The position numbers and the translations under genes were made by a program. A DNA stretch of 25,582 bases from an uncultured Candidatus Saccharibacteria bacterium (GTDB taxonomy: Bacteria; Patescibacteriota; Saccharimonadia; Saccharimonadales; CAIOMD01), in assembly GCA_964489075.1 (NCBI GenBank), contig CAZAXJ010000001.1:1-25582 (forward strand), written 5' to 3'. How positions within the stretch are numbered: the stretch's first letter is position 1; each line of letters begins with the position of its first letter. Below the pieces are notes generated by a model. That model had not been told where the DNA came from and did not search any database. It worked only from the letters and a program-made list of their open reading frames with translations. Below, in pieces: positions 25,513-25,582 of the stretch.

Positions 25513-25582
25513 TTCCAGACACCTTTCGGATTGATCAGAGCTAAGCCTGCTGCTGTTACGTACATTGATTTTTCAAGTTCGT
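25509..25582 (-). CDS. pilM: 3' end of type IV pilus protein PilM (partial)
   Basis: Manual translation ELEKSMYVTAAGLALINPKGVWK*; the A.GLAL motif is typical of the PilM C-terminus. GTGA overlap with the pilN start. Confidence 0.75.
   Translation of the reverse strand, partial: ELEKSMYVTAAGLALINPKGVWK

Noticed and set aside
1-25582. CRISPR arrays, IS elements, introns, recoded TGA (code 25)
   Set aside because: I saw no regularly spaced repeats, transposase motifs or interrupted genes. TGA terminates several genes at their expected ends.

Overview
AT-rich bacterial chromosomal segment in genetic code 11 (TGA is used as stop). It is most likely Patescibacteria/CPR, Saccharibacteria-like; this is inferred from the compact TilS/HrcA/GrpE/ComEC proteins, tight gene packing and the pilMNOP type IV pilus genes. 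Content in order: a CcdA/DsbD-like membrane gene (partial), a small membrane protein, a degenerate P-type ATPase-like gene, an unannotated promoter-structured leader-26 aa sORF-terminator unit, tRNA-Met(CAT), tilS, ftsH, murJ, lepA, two guanylate-kinase-like paralogs, a CIRCE-controlled hrcA-grpE-dnaK-dnaJ operon, a DUF1704/MATCAP-like metallopeptidase, a 36 aa prepilin-like sORF, a RimB-like retropepsin, rimK, DUF192, a membrane protein, tRNA-Lys(TTT) with a tRNA-like leader, comEC, yebC-ruvC-ruvA-ruvB, a bPH-domain protein and the convergent end of a pilMNOP operon. I saw no rRNA, CRISPR array, transposase or integrase. The best leads are the structured-RNA/sORF unit at about 2.4-2.79 kb and the candidate glutamylation writer plus two erasers locus (DUF1704-sORF-rimB-like-rimK). 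All family calls come from motif recognition by eye; no database search was run.
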